Shown: one piece after another, positions 24,929 through 40,516 of the stretch | Position numbering within the stretch: the first letter of the stretch is position 1 | How the letters are laid out: every line of letters starts with the position of its first letter | NCBI RefSeq assembly: GCF_009914755.1 | Contig: NC_060927.1 | Reading direction: 5' to 3' (one strand) | Length of the DNA: 64,000 nucleotides | DNA from: the human T2T-CHM13v2.0 reference genome, Homo sapiens | The notes under the pieces: model-generated | What the model was told of the DNA's origin: nothing | The model's input: the letters and a program-made list of their open reading frames with translations, nothing else | Databases searched by the model: none | Program-made: the position numbers and the translations under genes

Positions 24929-27900
24929 GGTCACTGCTGTTTACTATAGACGTGGTGTGATATAGTAAAAAGATTTCAGCCCCCACCCTGTTGAGAGCCT
25001 GACTTTGGCAAAGTCATTTGTCTTCTATAGAACTTCATATGTAAAATGAATTAGAGGTACTTCATTTTCCTAAAAAAGGAGAGAAAGTCAAATGGTTTCT
25101 TCAAGCCTGTTCAGGCCCAAGGTTGATTATTTCTTCTACATCTTTGGTCTGAACCATTACGTGGTAGCCAAATTCTTTTTTCCCTGATCAGAACCCCCTC
25201 TTCTTTTTCAAAAGAGTATTGACAGAACAGATCCTAAATCCTAGCAAAGTAGCTACATTTAGCTTTCAAATTGTCATGGCTTTAAGAAGACAATATTAAC
25301 GAAAGCTTTGGAGAAGACAACATCAAAATAGCAGTTAATTTCACAAAATATGTTTTCTTACATTTGAATACATAAAAAAGTTTATTTGATTGAGTATGTA
25401 TGTGTGTATTTGTGTGGGTGGGGTGTGGGTAGATGGGTACCTAGGAATTGGCATCAGATTTCCAAAGCAAACAAAATTAAATATATTAGGAGCCAGGGAC
25501 AGAGTATTGCACATAAAGGTTGACTGGGCAATTTATTTTTAGATTTGATTACAAATGCAAGGGTTATTGCATGTGTACATACACTGTTCAATGCTATATT
25601 TGAAAGGAGCACTAGAGATAATGTATCCCATTTTCCGAATTTACAGTGCCAGATCCTAAACTCAAACACAGAACGCTGAGCCCAGTACACATTTTTTAAT
25701 GCCACACCAGACTGATTATTTCACTCAAATAGCAATATATACATAACTTCTACCATCTCATACCTCTGTTAAAACATGACACAGTTGTATATATATGAAG
25801 AATAAAAAAGTCAGATATAGGAAAAAAGTTCAAAATTTTACAATGATTCCAAGTAGAAATGGTTTCTAGTTCTTGACCTTGGAAATACCTATGTGAGGAA
25901 ATGTACATTTTTAGTTTCTGTTGTAAAACTTCTATATGGTACTGTCTACTTTGAAATTTCATTGTCACTAACTCTTGCAGCCAATAAAGTATAACTACCT
26001 AGAGATGGTTGAGAGGGCTCTAAAGAAACCTATTCAAAGTAATCAGACTGAAGTGCTGACTTATAAAAAAATGGTGGCAGTATATATATTTTGACAATTT
26101 CTTCTAGTCTTACATGAATTGAAACAGCTTCCATCACACAGCTAATAAGTGAAGAAGCTTAGACTTGGTGCCAAGTCTTCCATCTCTGTATTCACGTCTT
26201 TTCCTCTCTATGGATAATGGAGAACACGCTCAGCTCTTCAGTTTTTGAAAGGCTGTTGTCACATGATTCAACGTAATTTGATGTGTTGATAATTCAGATT
26301 AAGTTACATTTCTCAATACAGTGAACATGTTTCTTATTAGCCTATGTGCCATAATTGAAGTCTTGGCAGTTTTAATAGTTCTGTTCCTAAAGCAAGGATC
26401 TGTATTTATAGCAGCCTGTCAGAGGAGAAAAGTGTTTCTCGAACCAAAAATAGGTAGATGGCATTACAGAGTCCGAAGACTGCCTGGTTTCCTGCTGGGA
26501 ATGAATGGTCATGCAACATCTGTCTCATTCTTTTTAGACCCACCAGTGGTTTAGAAATAGCACTTATATTGAAGAGAAGCAAAAGGCATATTCCTGCAGG
26601 AGAACCAGGAAGCACTGGGAATTAGAAAACACGGGTTGTGGTCTCAGATCTATCACTGATAAGTGGCGTGACTTGAGTAGAAATGCTAGACTCCTCTTTT
26701 TATTTTTTTTTTTTTTGAGGCCACTATTTCCTGGATTTATCTTAAGATGAAATAATATGAAAACAACTTTAGGAAATATTAAACACTATATTCATGCAGT
26801 GTCTGCTTGCACAGAGATTACATTTTAGAAATCAGTAGAGAACCTTAGCCCAAGGGGTTGAAATTGAAAGTTCTGTCTTAGTTATAACTTTATATATGTT
26901 TTAATGATTTGCTTGGGTGACCAGGTGACTGAGCCAAACACGGCAATTGCTGTGAACTGTCAAAACAGCTAAAATGATTTGGTTGGATGGATTCAGAGTT
27001 TACAGAGAGCCCTATCAGCTAGGCTGTAAGCTCCATGAAGGCACCGAGCACCATTCTTTAATTCACCATTATAGGCCTAGCATCCACCACAAACCTGGAA
27101 TATAGCACACATTCAGTAAATATTTTCTGTGTTGCTAAATTAATAAAAGTTAAAATTTAATTTGTTTAACTAATTTTAGAGATTTTGCAGCTAAGCCAAA
27201 AATTTTAATAATTAATAGACCGATGGTATGATTATTCATTTATTAATTTATTCATTCATTCTGCAAATATTTGCTGAACACCTATTATAACCTAACTGGG
27301 TGCTGGGGATAAAGTGTTAAGCCAGATAGCCACATAACATATAACATTCTTCTTGCCCTTTCTTATGATAATGTTTTTCTTTAAAGTGATTTGAAGTCAA
27401 AGATGTGGGTTAAAGTCCCAACTCTATTTCTTAGCTGATAACTTCTAGCAAGTCCTTTAACTTCACAGGTTCTCAGCTGGTTCATTTCAGAGAAAATGGT
27501 ACTTGTCTCTCTGATGAGGTTATAAGAGACTCAGATTTTATGTCCGGAATGACAGGTGAGCTGTACACACACTGCTACATTGGATGTATTTGTTGCTGTC
27601 ATCGTAACTTGTATGCATATCCCAGTTGTGCATGCTTTTACCTCTGGCAGCCAAGGAACAACCACGGAAAATCAGGATGAATTACAGATTAAGTTTATCT
27701 CTGCAAGGCATTCTCAGGCAACTGAGGGAATCAATTCCACATCTGCTAAGTTTGATTAATCACTTCTTTTTTTCCTTGTGGATCTACTTAGCAAGTGAAC
27801 TGACAGAAATCAAAGTCCTAGATTTGTCCCCTTATGCCCAGTGACTGCTGTCTACCTATTCAGGAATCACCTCCTGAATTTAATAGGAAGTGTTAACCCA

Positions 27901-28057
27901 CTGGAAAGACAGTTCAATGTTGTTCTCTGACAGGCAGCATTAAATACAATTCCTGAATTACCTGGGGTTTGGTCATAGCGGACATACAAGCTATCAACAA
28001 TAAAAACAAAGAGATGGAGAAAAGAAATGTTGTCCTATTATTGGAAGAATACCATTA

Positions 28058-28405
<348 letters not shown>

Positions 28406-30611
28406 TCCCTGAATCTTTGGTAATTGACAGCATTTTCTCTCATTTTCCTTAAAAAAAAAGCCTACTGCACTTTGCCCAGATTTCTTAAAATCAAATAAAT
28501 AAAATAAAATAAAATACAGCTAAATGTCAGAAAAAGTCTCATTAATAATGATGATAACCACTTTAAGCACCTTCTACATGCTAGATGGTGTACCAGGCAC
28601 TTTACATATCTCAAAACATTAAAGCACATTTTTTTTTCATATTCAGATATATTTCTGAGGATCACAATTGTCACCGATTATATGATTAAATTTGTATCAT
28701 TTTTACCCTAGTAATCTCAAAAAGTTAAACACAAAGGCATTTTTAAATTTACAGAGAATCAAACTGACTCAATTACAGAGATTCTACCCCTTAGCAATTG
28801 GTTTCAGAAAGTGATTATATTCCCCAGAATTGAAATGAGCGGACAGCTGGACTCTCTGGAAACCAATTCCGTTACCTTTATCTACTTACTCCAAGTATAT
28901 ATATTTGCAGACAGGTGTTATCAAATCATGGATTCTGTGTGATTTATCCTACAATAATGCTACTGTTAAAACCTGTGTGGCCCTGGACACTTGGCAAATG
29001 CATGTACCTTGTGGGAAAGAGTGAACCCATTAGGTGAATTGGAGTCTTATTCAATTATTGAACAAGCGGTGCTTCTTCAATATTTTTGCCTTCAAACCTC
29101 AAATTTAGAGCAGACCCACTGCACTTCCACCTGCCTGGCTCCGCAATGCCCAGACACCTTCCTCTTGGACACTATATTCCATTGTGGGAAAACTACACAA
29201 GGAAGGTATAAAGATCGTAGGGAAAGTGGAAAGTGGAAGAAGGAAGCCAAAGTAAGAGAGAAGGAAATGGTAGAGAAAGAAAGATGAGAGAAAGGACCAG
29301 GGAATTCCCTGTGACAAGATAGAAGTGCTACTTATTGAGCAAGTCACTGGATCTTTCTTTTCTTCATGGGTAAAATGGTCCCCTTGGGAAGACCTGTTTG
29401 AAAGCCGTTAGCATAATGCCTGACACAGACAAGGAACAGAAAAAAATTAGTTTGTCTTTATTCTTCTCATTGCTAAGTTATGTGGACAAAGCAGTTCTTC
29501 TAGTTACACAGCCATTGCCCAATACTTAGCTATCATTACATTTTCTTCTTGGAGGTTTTTCCAATCATCTGATCTTGTGGAGGCACCAGCTAATGGGAGT
29601 CTGGCTGCCTGAATGCAAGACAGCCAATTATATGATTCTTCCTCCCTGTCTGACACTTCTCTACATATTTTACAATATCTACCTTCTAAATTATTACTGT
29701 TCCTTTTGCTTTTGCCTTTACCCCCAAGTGCTCAGTCTTAATAAAATATCTCCGTCGCACATGCCTTTTCAAGACAACATTAACCATTATATAGCAACTG
29801 CAAAGCAGGCTTCTCTACCCCTTCCTCCTCTTTGCAGAGCTTCCTAATGGAACAAGCAAATAAACTTAATTTTATTTTGTATCTCCAACTACTTAATATA
29901 ATAGTGCTTAGTACGTCAGGTAGCATGAGTATCAAACAGGCAAATGAACCATATGTTCCCCTGTTTAAGGAAGAATGACAGTCTGCATAATGCCAGGCTT
30001 ATTACAATCTCCCTTCTGTGCTGCCTCTTTGTAATAAAATTTTAAATTGTTCATACTCAACTCCTGAGAGCCTTGTTAAGGTGAGCCTTTCCAAGGGAAT
30101 ACATGTTGGAGATGTCAAGAGCCATCTGATAGTCTTGCCTGTTTCACATGAAGATGTAACAAGCTAAAATCCTGTGTGTGCCCCTGTCAGTCTTGTTTTC
30201 ATTTTCCCCTCTTGCCATCCAATTCCCCTTTCTTTATCCCCACTGACCTCCACTGATCTGGGGCACTCACCTTTCACACAGTGCCTGCAGAACCACCCAG
30301 ATGCCATGGTCTGAAAAAGCTCCGGTTCATTAAAGTTATAAAGCCTGCCTTTAAATCCAGCCTGCCTAACTCAATGTACGCTGTTTTACCCTGCTGCCTT
30401 GTGTTGGCCTATTACTGCTGTAGTCCCTCTCCCATGTTTTCGTGACAGGTAAAGCCACCCTTGGTGGCTTTCAACCAAGGGTAAATAGGAGAAAACAAAG
30501 AAGTTTCACAAAATAAATAGCATCTTATAAATTATTAAACTGTATCTTACAACAGAAAATGGGTAGGCTTCCTTGTAGAGTGGCTGTGAATTCATGGGCT
30601 GCGATATCAGT

Positions 30612-30792
30612 CAGTTTCAAATTTGATCATGCACCATAAGAATCTTGTGAAAAATGCAGATCCCAGAGCCATGCCCATGATTTTGATTTAGTAGGTGTGG
30701 AATAGGTTAAGGAACCTGAATTTGTGTAAGTTCACTCCCTCTGCCTTCAAGAGAGGCTGAAGTTGTTGAATACCACCTAGAGGAGCACTGGT
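30612..30792. mobile_element. MER5A-like hAT-Charlie element
   Basis: 'cttgtgaaaaatgcagatccc...gatttagtaggtgtgg...gagcactg'. Confidence 0.6.
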
Positions 30793-33700
30793 TTGGTGCA
30801 CACATATCTACTTAGATAGAAATGTGCTTCATTTTATCTCTGTTCCACCCCAGAACTTTGATTCCTATCCTAGCAGTTCAGCCATTCATTCTATCTCACT
30901 GTTGAAGAGATATAAATCCTTAGTTCTCCCCTTTTTGAAAATGTGAATATAATTGGCTCTAGAATGGTGTCCACTTATTTTACCTCTTGCTTCTAATTTC
31001 TGAGTGACACTTGTATCTTCAAAATTTTACATAAATATTCAACAGCAATAATTTTATAGACAGAAAAGGTCAATTATTCATGTAATTTATACAAATGACC
31101 TTTTGTTCTTGGTTTGATTTTTGAGAAAAGAAGTGGTTACTTGATAAATTTTAAAGTATAATGTCCTTTTTTGTTTACTTAAAAAGAAAATGGTTGATGA
31201 CAGATCTTTGTCACACCCACACCTTCTAATGCCAGTGAGTGTATTTAAAAAAATAAATAAAAATAAATAATTAGAAAAAGCATTGCTGTCTATGACAATC
31301 CAGTAGAAGAAATAAAAGCTGGAGTAATAGTATAGAAATCAGTCTCATTAAAACCTTCCAAACAAGCAGTGAAGCTGTCAGAGCACTCTTTTTTTTTTAA
31401 GCCACTGACTAGAATTTTTCAATTTTTTCTTTTTTTCATAGTAGAACTTTTTAAATTTTTTTTCAAATGAAATGTATGCAAGAAAACCTTTCATTCCACA
31501 GATAAAATTGAACTAATCTGGCTAATGTCCCGGAGGGAGAACCAGAACCCCACTCAATGCCCTCCTCAATCCCTCTCACCCTAAATCTCCATGGTGTGCC
31601 CTAGAAATCCCCTAGCTCTCCAAGGAGCATAGTTTGAGGACTACTAATTTGTAGTGACAAATCTGATTCTCAAGTGTGACTTGCCAAACGATTCATTTAT
31701 TTATAAGTATAGTGGCAAACCAATTTGACGGGCGTTGTGAAAGATTCTGGGTTTATAACTTGAATGAGCTCAGAGTCTCCTGGGGAAGGCAGACAAGCCC
31801 ACAGCTCCGGTGCAGTGGGGCATGTGTCACCACTAACATGTGAAGAGAGTGAGGGCAATTCACTAACTTGGCTTACAGGAGTCTAGAAAGGTTTCAACAG
31901 GTTGCAGGTAACTGAACTGGCAGTTGAAGAGTGAGTGGGAATTTTTCCTGGAAGAGAAAAGTGGGAGGTACAGGCTTATTACGAGACTGTCTTACTGTAT
32001 ATTTGGTATCCAGACTTGGTGTCATTTCAGAATTTTGGGTACAGATTTCCCTTCCTCAATACAAGACACACTTCTCCCGTGAGTCCTCTAAATGCAAGTA
32101 AAGGGTACTCAAATCATTTTGCAAGGCATCCAAGAATTGACTCTTTGACTACTCAAGGAATGCTTGGATATACCTAATAACATATATTTTAATTCTATCT
32201 CCAATTAAATTAACCAAATACACCCATAAATCTATCCTCCCCATATTTAACCATGAGTTTCATTATATAAGAATAATAATGATGATGATATATCCATTTA
32301 TATGCTATCCATCAAGGGCAGATAGTGTGTTAAGATGTTTGATACATCATTTCGTTAAATTTTTACAACATACCTATGAGAGGCATTTATTCATATTTTT
32401 AGATGAGTAAAACTAAGGCTTAGAGAAGTTCAGCATCATACCGCGATCAGTAAGTGATAGAAAAACATTCAGTTCTGAGAAGCTCTGACTCAAAGCCTTG
32501 TATAATCTTAAACACAACACTGCAGGATTTTAATGAGATTTCTGGTGTCTATATGTGGAATTCAAGGCAGTCCTTCATAATATACACATTTTTTTGTTTC
32601 TTCAGAGTTATACTAAAAAAATCTTCTGAAAATAGTGATATGCAAGGTAAAACTCTATCTTTATGTCACTAAAAGGTATAGAATAAGTCAACATGTTGTC
32701 CAAATACTGATAGATGGAGTCTTATTTATTCACATCAATACAAAAATATCAGTTCTTTCAGTGGCACAGCATCGTGAATACACAATGTTCAGAAGACTGA
32801 TTGGATTTTTAACGTAACATACAATGTAATTTTTGATGGCATGGAGAGGTAGATATGTAAATTCAGTAAGCAGGTTAAAGTCGCTAAGCCCCACAAAGGA
32901 ATTAAAATAGGTATAAGACTGTGTATTATAACTAAGAAGAAAGAGTTAAAGTTAGCAGACAAAGAGTCACACCCAGGTTGGTCCCCTATTCTCAGCCCCT
33001 TTTGTAAACCTAATTTTGTAGACTCTGAGGAATGCTATAATTCAGTAGCCAAAGGGAATCCAGGATTGGAAATTCCACTAGCATCCATCACTTTCAAAAC
33101 CATGTTCTATCTTGATACTCAAGTTTTCAGATACTCATGTCCTGAAATCATCAGATTACAGGGAGCTGGAGTGAAAGGGTTAATAATCATTAGCGTTCCA
33201 GCCCTGTTCTCTCACCTTTTTATATGTGAGGGAAGCCGAGAACCTTAAGTTTCAAGTTGGTGGTTTAAGGTCATCTGACTTGAATCTCATCTGTCTATCC
33301 CAAAGCTTTCAGCAGAAACAACTTTACATTTATAAAACTTCAAAGCCCTGAGGAAATCACACAATAGGTTCATAGTCATAAATGTAATAATAGCATAGGC
33401 AGAATGTCCTCACAATGTTCAGACTTCTCCATTCTGTTCTGCATAACTCTCTCCTCTATTGTATTTTCAATGTGTTCTCCTCTAGTAACTTTGGGAGCAT
33501 AGTTTGTTGGTTTTTTTTTTTAATTTATTTCTTTAAAGTCCTGCATTCACACATTTTTGTGTCCTTTGCCAACTTCATACTTTCTCGTCTTTTCTTTTGA
33601 TTTACTTGGGCTATAAGGCATGTTAGCATATGAATCTATGTTAATTCTCTTTTGTGTTTTCTCAGGCATCCCAAAATGCTGCAGCGAATGGAGACACTTT

Positions 33701-34375
33701 ATCTTTCCCTTCTTCTACTGAAGAGCTAAATATTTCTCTTTGGCCTATTTCACTGGATTAATTTAGTTAGGCTTTCCATCTGATGCTGTTTTGTTAATGT
33801 TAAATTGTATTTCCTTAACATTTTATGGGAGTCAGCATAGCAGCACACTCTGGCATGCCATCAGAATAAAGACACATCATGGCACCAAATAATTACGCTA
33901 TTTAGCAACTGCTCTTACCTACCATCTCCTAATTTGTGCCATAATTCAGTCACCGTGAATCTGTGTTTGTGTTGCGTCAGCCACTACAAAGATCACACTT
34001 AAATTTTTTGTGTATATTAAACAAGGTGACACATTATGATAAATTTAGAGGTCTGAATATTTGATGCTTCCTTTCTGCTTTGGAGTTTAAGACAGTTGAA
34101 CCAAAGACTTAAGATGGAATCATTTGTTCACTCCAGTAATTACGCACTAGTTGTAAATACAATTACAGACACTAAGAATTCTGAAAAAGTAGAAACGGGC
34201 ACCAGTAACGTTCTCATTTAAATTAAAATGTATTTGAGTCTATTTCTAATATCTAGGTAACCCCTCTGAACAACTATTTGCTAATAAAACCCTTTCAGTT
34301 AACTACCTAAAGACCCTGAATCATCCTTGAAAAATCAGTTAATGGGAAGTATATCCTTAGCTATTTAATAGTTAA

Positions 34376-34750
<375 letters not shown>

Positions 34751-35178
34751 TGTCTGTTTCTTTTATAAGCACTTGCTTTCCAGCAAAACATAGCAAATTG
34801 GATTTATTTGTTACCTGTTTATGATGTCACTTCATGTAGGTTTTCATTTTTGTTTCCTTTCCTTTCCCTCTTCCTACGGCCCATAAATATTTAATTACAC
34901 TCTGCCTAATATAACTCAATACAGCTGCCCAAAGGAACACTATTATTTGCCTGGAGCTAGGACAGAGGCTAAAAAAAATACTAGAGATCTTATTGCGACA
35001 ATTCTGTGAATCAGATGAATATTTAGGAACCACCAAACGGGGTCTATATTGTTATAATAATTAAAAACATTTTACTCTGGCTTGTATTATACCCTTTAGT
35101 TTCATGATCAGAACTGAAAAAAAATAATGATTAAGATTTGTTTTATACACCAAGTCTTATCCTAGTGATTTGAATGTA

Positions 35179-35675
35179 GAGTTGACCGTTGGACAACGGG
35201 GATTGAACTGTGCAGGTCTATTTATACTTGAGTTTTTTTCATTAAAAGTTATACTGACTGTGCCTGCCTCTCCTGCCTCTCCTTTCACCTCCTCCACCTC
35301 TTTCACCTTTGCCACTCCTAAGAGAGTGAGACCGGACACCTCCTCTTCCTCCTTCTCCTCAGCCTACTCAGTGTCAAGATGATGAAGAACTTTATTATGA
35401 TCCTCTTCCACATAATAAATAGTAAATATGTTTTCTCTTCCTTATGATTTTCTTAGTAACATGATATCTTCTCTAGCTGACTTTATTGTAAAAATACATT
35501 GTATAATGCATATAACATACAAAACTTGTTCATGGACTGTTTATGTTATCAGTAAGGCTGCTGGTCAGTTGGAGACTATTAGTAGTTAATTTTAGGAAGT
35601 CAAAAGTTACAGGTGGAATTTCAACTCTGTGAGAATGTTGGCACCCCAACCCCTGCATTGTTCAAAGGCCAACTC
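35179..35675. mobile_element. Tigger2-derived non-autonomous element (Tigger2a/2b, MER28-like)
   Basis: TIRs 'gagttgaccgttggacaac' and 'ttgttcaaaggccaactc', plus internal 'cctcagcctactca...gatgatgaaga' typical of Tigger2. Confidence 0.85.
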
Positions 35676-37442
35676 CATTTCTTTGCATCAACTTTTGTAC
35701 TGCTTTAAGGGGCATCAGCAAACTAACAGAAAGTCACTTCAATGATCAAATAACCACATTGTTTATAAGTATAAAGTTTATACTCCTTATTTATACTTAT
35801 AAATAATGTGGTTGTTTGACTAAATCGCTTTCTGTTAGGGGACTGAATTGATTGATAATATTGACAAATATACATCTGGCTCTAGAAACAAAAGGCTGAA
35901 TATTTAACAGCAAATGCAATCAGAAAAATGCATATTTATTAAGTACCTGCTAACTGTTGGGCTTCTTGGAGAATATAAACAAATAAAGAATATTAGCTAC
36001 TACCTTGGGACACCCATTATGCTCTAGGCTCTCTCTCTCTATATATATATAGCATAATGTATTTAATTCTCAAAACAAGATGATGATGTTATTACTACTC
36101 ATATCCCCATTCTATATAAAGTTGGCATAGAAATCAAGCAACTGCTCCTAAATTAACATGGCCAAAAACAGAAACTCAGGCACATATTCAAAGTGATCTG
36201 ACTTTAGAGTCCATGGTCTTATAATCCCTGTATCACCTGCCTCAAACAAACCTTAGCTTTTACAGCATATTTGGAGAGCAAAAACTTATCTAAAAAGAAA
36301 ATTAAAAGTACAAGACAGTAAAATGATTTAGATAATGACTCAGTAGAAAAAACACTGACTCCGTATCAGAAGACCTGTATCGGGGCTGCGGTTAAGTTAG
36401 TTATTGAATCTCCCTGCATCTCAGTTTTTTGATGTGGGGAGAAAGCATATCGTGAACTCTAGTGACTGGAGAAGGATGTGATAGAGAAAGCTGTATATCT
36501 TGGTGGGGTTCCGCAGGAAACAGTGCTCAGTTCTGCTTCTCAGGGAGGTCCACCTGCAGGGCAGCAATGGATGATTGTATCTTACTGCACACCTGCTGCC
36601 TCACTTCAAGCCATAGTCACATCATTGGTAGCTTGACATCGTAGGTTGTCAGCTACATAGGTTGCTTCCAGACAGGCTGTATAGAGAAACCACTTGGGAA
36701 CAGTCTGTGGAAGGAAAGAAAAAGGGATTAATTTACCTGACTGCCCCTTTGCTGGTGGAGCTGCTTTACCTGAACCTTTGACAGTCAGTGGAACTGAGAG
36801 AACCTAAAAGATTTCATAAGGTGTGTCTGAAACACTGGGAATCAAAGAAGGTTTTGGAGGGTGAATGGGATTCAGATAAGCAGATTGGAGAGTGAAACCT
36901 CTGCTAGATACGAGGAGAAGAGAGTTTAGGCTTTTGTCTGGCAGGTTCTGTGAAGGAGGGTACTCAAAGAAAGATTTGCAAATTATAAACATTTGTTTCC
37001 TCTTTGGGACTCACACAACTCTTCCCTGAAAATAAATATTTGTGTTCTTTCCCCAAAGTCAGACAAAATAAAAGAGATGAATATAATATTTAACAGTCCT
37101 TTCTATAAATTTTCCTGAATTTTTTGATATGTGTTTCCTCTTGTTCAGAACTGATTAACAATTGTCTGTGCCTGTGCTTTGCTGAAAGTGTGATCTACGT
37201 TACTTGGTACAGTGGCCAGATTTAGGTTTGTTTCCTCTGGTCCCTCGATCATGTCTCTCTTGAGACAGTACTTCATTTTCACTTCATCTCTGTCTCTTTT
37301 GCTTTTTTTCATTTTTACTACATTGATGATCTTATAAGGACTGATAAATTAGGTTTTCATCAATCCACTGATTAAATCTTTGAATTTTGCCTGGACAGGG
37401 GTATCAGATGTTCTCTGTGTTTAACTACTTATGTACAATTAC

Positions 37443-37738
37443 TTTTTTTTTTTTTTTGAGACAGGGTCTCACTTAGTCCACCAGGCTGTAGTGCGGTGGC
37501 ACGATCTTGGCCTACTGCAACCTCCACCTCCCGGGCTCAAGTGATTCTCCCGCCTCAGCCTCCTGAGTAGCTGAAATTACAGGCACGAACCACCATACCC
37601 GCTAATTTTTGTATTTTCAGTACAGACGGGGTTTCACCATATTGGCCAGTCTGGTCTCGAACTCCTGACCTCAAGTGATTCACCCACCCTGGCCTCCCAG
37701 TGTGCTGGGATTACAGGCATGAACCACCATGCCCAGCC
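37443..37738 (-). mobile_element. Alu (old S/J-type)
   Basis: Full antisense Alu with poly(T) and TSD TACAATTACTT on both sides. Confidence 0.95.
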
Positions 37739-38591
37739 ATACAATTACTTATAATTAAAGTTACTGACATAAAATGATGGAAAGGACAACCTTTATTTTG
37801 ATTTAAATGAGCAAACTTTGTAATTTACTTGTTTGTAGATTGACTTTTTATGTGGTTTGTTAAAATAAGAAATTTTTAAAAGATAGCTTATTAAATGACA
37901 GTGACATTAGCATAGATATTACACATTAACTATAATAATTGGGTGCAAAAATCATTAAAATGCAATATTAATATTTAATCTAAAACAGATTCCGGTGGGA
38001 CATTTTACCACAATATCAGTATTTGATCTAAAATAGATTCCAGTGGGAGATTTTACCTAAAACTTAAATTGTGAACGGGAAGAATTTATACCCACATTTC
38101 TATTTCTTATCTAACTCATTTTAATAAAATCAATTTTACATTTTCCAAATATCAGTAAAATTAGAGAATCAATTAAAATTTCATGGTCTACAGCATTATC
38201 TTTAGACAGAACTGGAAGCAATACTCCAGTTAATAATCTAACTATAAAAATAGCAGTATTGCTCTAGTTTCAGCAATAAGAAATTATAATTGCCCGATGA
38301 CCTGATTTTTTTTTTTTTTAGTTTAAGAAATTTAGCTATTTCTAATCCTCTTTGTCCTCAAACTTTGTACAAAGTTATGGTTGATACCAAACAAAAAATC
38401 TGGAGCATTTCTTATTTTCCATTCACACCTTGGAATCTACATGTACAGATCTGTTTTCTGTATGTAAATAAATTAAGGATTGGGTAGATATTAGATTTGT
38501 TATAGTGACAAAAAAGGATGTGAATGTTAATCTCTATTGTATTGAAATAGTTTAGTTAATTATGAACAGGTATTAGTTCATACAATGCAGG

Positions 38592-39054
38592 TGCTATCGT
38601 TTGGATATGGATTGTCCCCACTAAAACTCATATTGAAATTTTATCTTCCATGTGGCAGTTTTGGGAGGTGGAGCCTGTTTGGGCCTTGGGGACAGATCCC
38701 TCCTTAATGCATTAATGCCCTCCCTCTGGGTTGAGTGAGTTCTTGCTCTCTTGAGAATAGATTTGTTCCTGCTCTCTTGGGAATAGATTTGTTCCTGCTA
38801 GACAGCGTTTTAAAAGAGTCTGGCTTCCTCAGTCTCTCTCTCTTACTTCCCCTCTTGCCATGTGACCTCTTTGTACACACCAGTTTCTTTCTGCTTTTTG
38901 CCATGAGTTGAAGCAGCCTGAGAACCTCACCAGCTGCAGCTGCCCAACCGTGAGCCTTCCAGCCACCAGAATCATGAGCCAAATAAACCATTTTTCTTTA
39001 TAAATTACTGAGTCTCAGGGAGTCTGATAGAGCAACACTAAATGGACTAAGACA
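38592..39054 (+). mobile_element. MSTB/MSTD-like MaLR solo LTR
   Basis: TG...CA ends 'tgctatcgtttggatatg...aatggactaagaca', AATAAA near the 3' end, internal 26-bp tandem duplication near 38740-38800. Confidence 0.88.
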
Positions 39055-40369
39055 CCGGAAAAACGAGGGTAAAATATTCCGCATTAGTCTCGATGTAGTT
39101 CCTTAAAGTAACACAAAATCTGATGCACATGCTGCGGGTAAAGAAGCCCTCCAAGTGGATGTGATGTGATCCTTCTCCTTCCTGGTGTTCTGTTCATAAT
39201 GACCCATCAAATAGAAGGTAATAGGTACAAAGTCAGGCAAATGGGTAGGACATCTGTTACTTTTGTTTTCTGTGTAGGACTACCTACCTTCCCTGACAGT
39301 GGGAAGATTAAAATGTCGCATGTTCAGCTGCTCTTTAAAAATCTGCCTTCAACTTATCAGTTAAACTTGAAATATTTATACGTTATTGGCTTAGTTTTGT
39401 ACATGCTCTATATTCTAAAGCCACTATAAAATCTACCCAGTGTCACTTAACTGTCAGACACAGCTTGTTCTTCTGAATTTTGACTCATAATGCATTAGAG
39501 GAATTGCATGGTACAATACAAACGCTATTAATTTTTCTATTAGTTGAATAGTCATACTATATCTACACATATAAATGCCTTTAAATTCTAATTTTACAGA
39601 ACATTTTAAATGCAAATGCTATAATCAGTGATTTAATTATCTAAACAGAATATTGAGGTTTGGTAATTTGGGGAAAATTTTTCTATTTAATTGTGTGAAC
39701 AGTTAAAATATTCTAATTAAGTGGATATTAGAGAATAAAGACATGAGAGAAATGGCGTTATCACTAAACTTATTGAGGAAATAAGGAGGAAACATACCAA
39801 CACCGTAAGTCAAATGTCAGAATTTGGTGATGCCAAAACCAAGGAGAGTCTGGGGACTGATAACCAGAGCTTAGTTAAAGCCACATAACATGCTTCTGAG
39901 TCCAGCCATAGGCAAGAATTTTAAGAAGACATTAGGCATGAGCAACAAACAGAGTGAGAATCAGAAATAGTAACTGGAGTCTTGGAAGAGAGAAAATGTC
40001 AAATATTAGTATCAGCTAAGAATAAGAATTAGATTAATATCTAGCATTTAATTAACTTTTACAGCAATCACATTATTATTCCTAAAATAAAAATTAGAGC
40101 ATTGTAGATCAAAAAGATTAAGTAGCTAAGAACACAGACAAGAGGTTGCATGAATTCACGGAAGGGTTTTAAGCAGTGAAACTTAATGCTGAGGACAGTT
40201 TTGCTGGCATTAGACTCCTTTCGAAAAGCCCAGATATAGTTCTCAGGCCTCTTTGTTCAAAATGCAGTGTGATAAAACAATTTCTTCTTTCCTTGTTTAT
40301 TCCTCATGGAGTTATAGATATGCCTACATTCTTAGGCAGGATGAGAAATCAGTTCATTGAAAGCCTACC

Positions 40370-40479
40370 TATTGACTGCTAATGGAGTCCGGTACAGTGC
40401 TAAGCATTTTGAACGATTTATATCAATTAATCCTCATGACTCTGTGACACAGGTAATATTAGTATTTCTATGCTATAGA

Positions 40480-40516
<37 letters not shown>

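Noticed and set aside
30451-30471. AAAGCCACC-CTT-GGTGGCTTT hairpin resembling a terminator
   Set aside because: A 9-bp stem is unremarkable in 64 kb, and intrinsic terminators do not apply to a Pol II intron.
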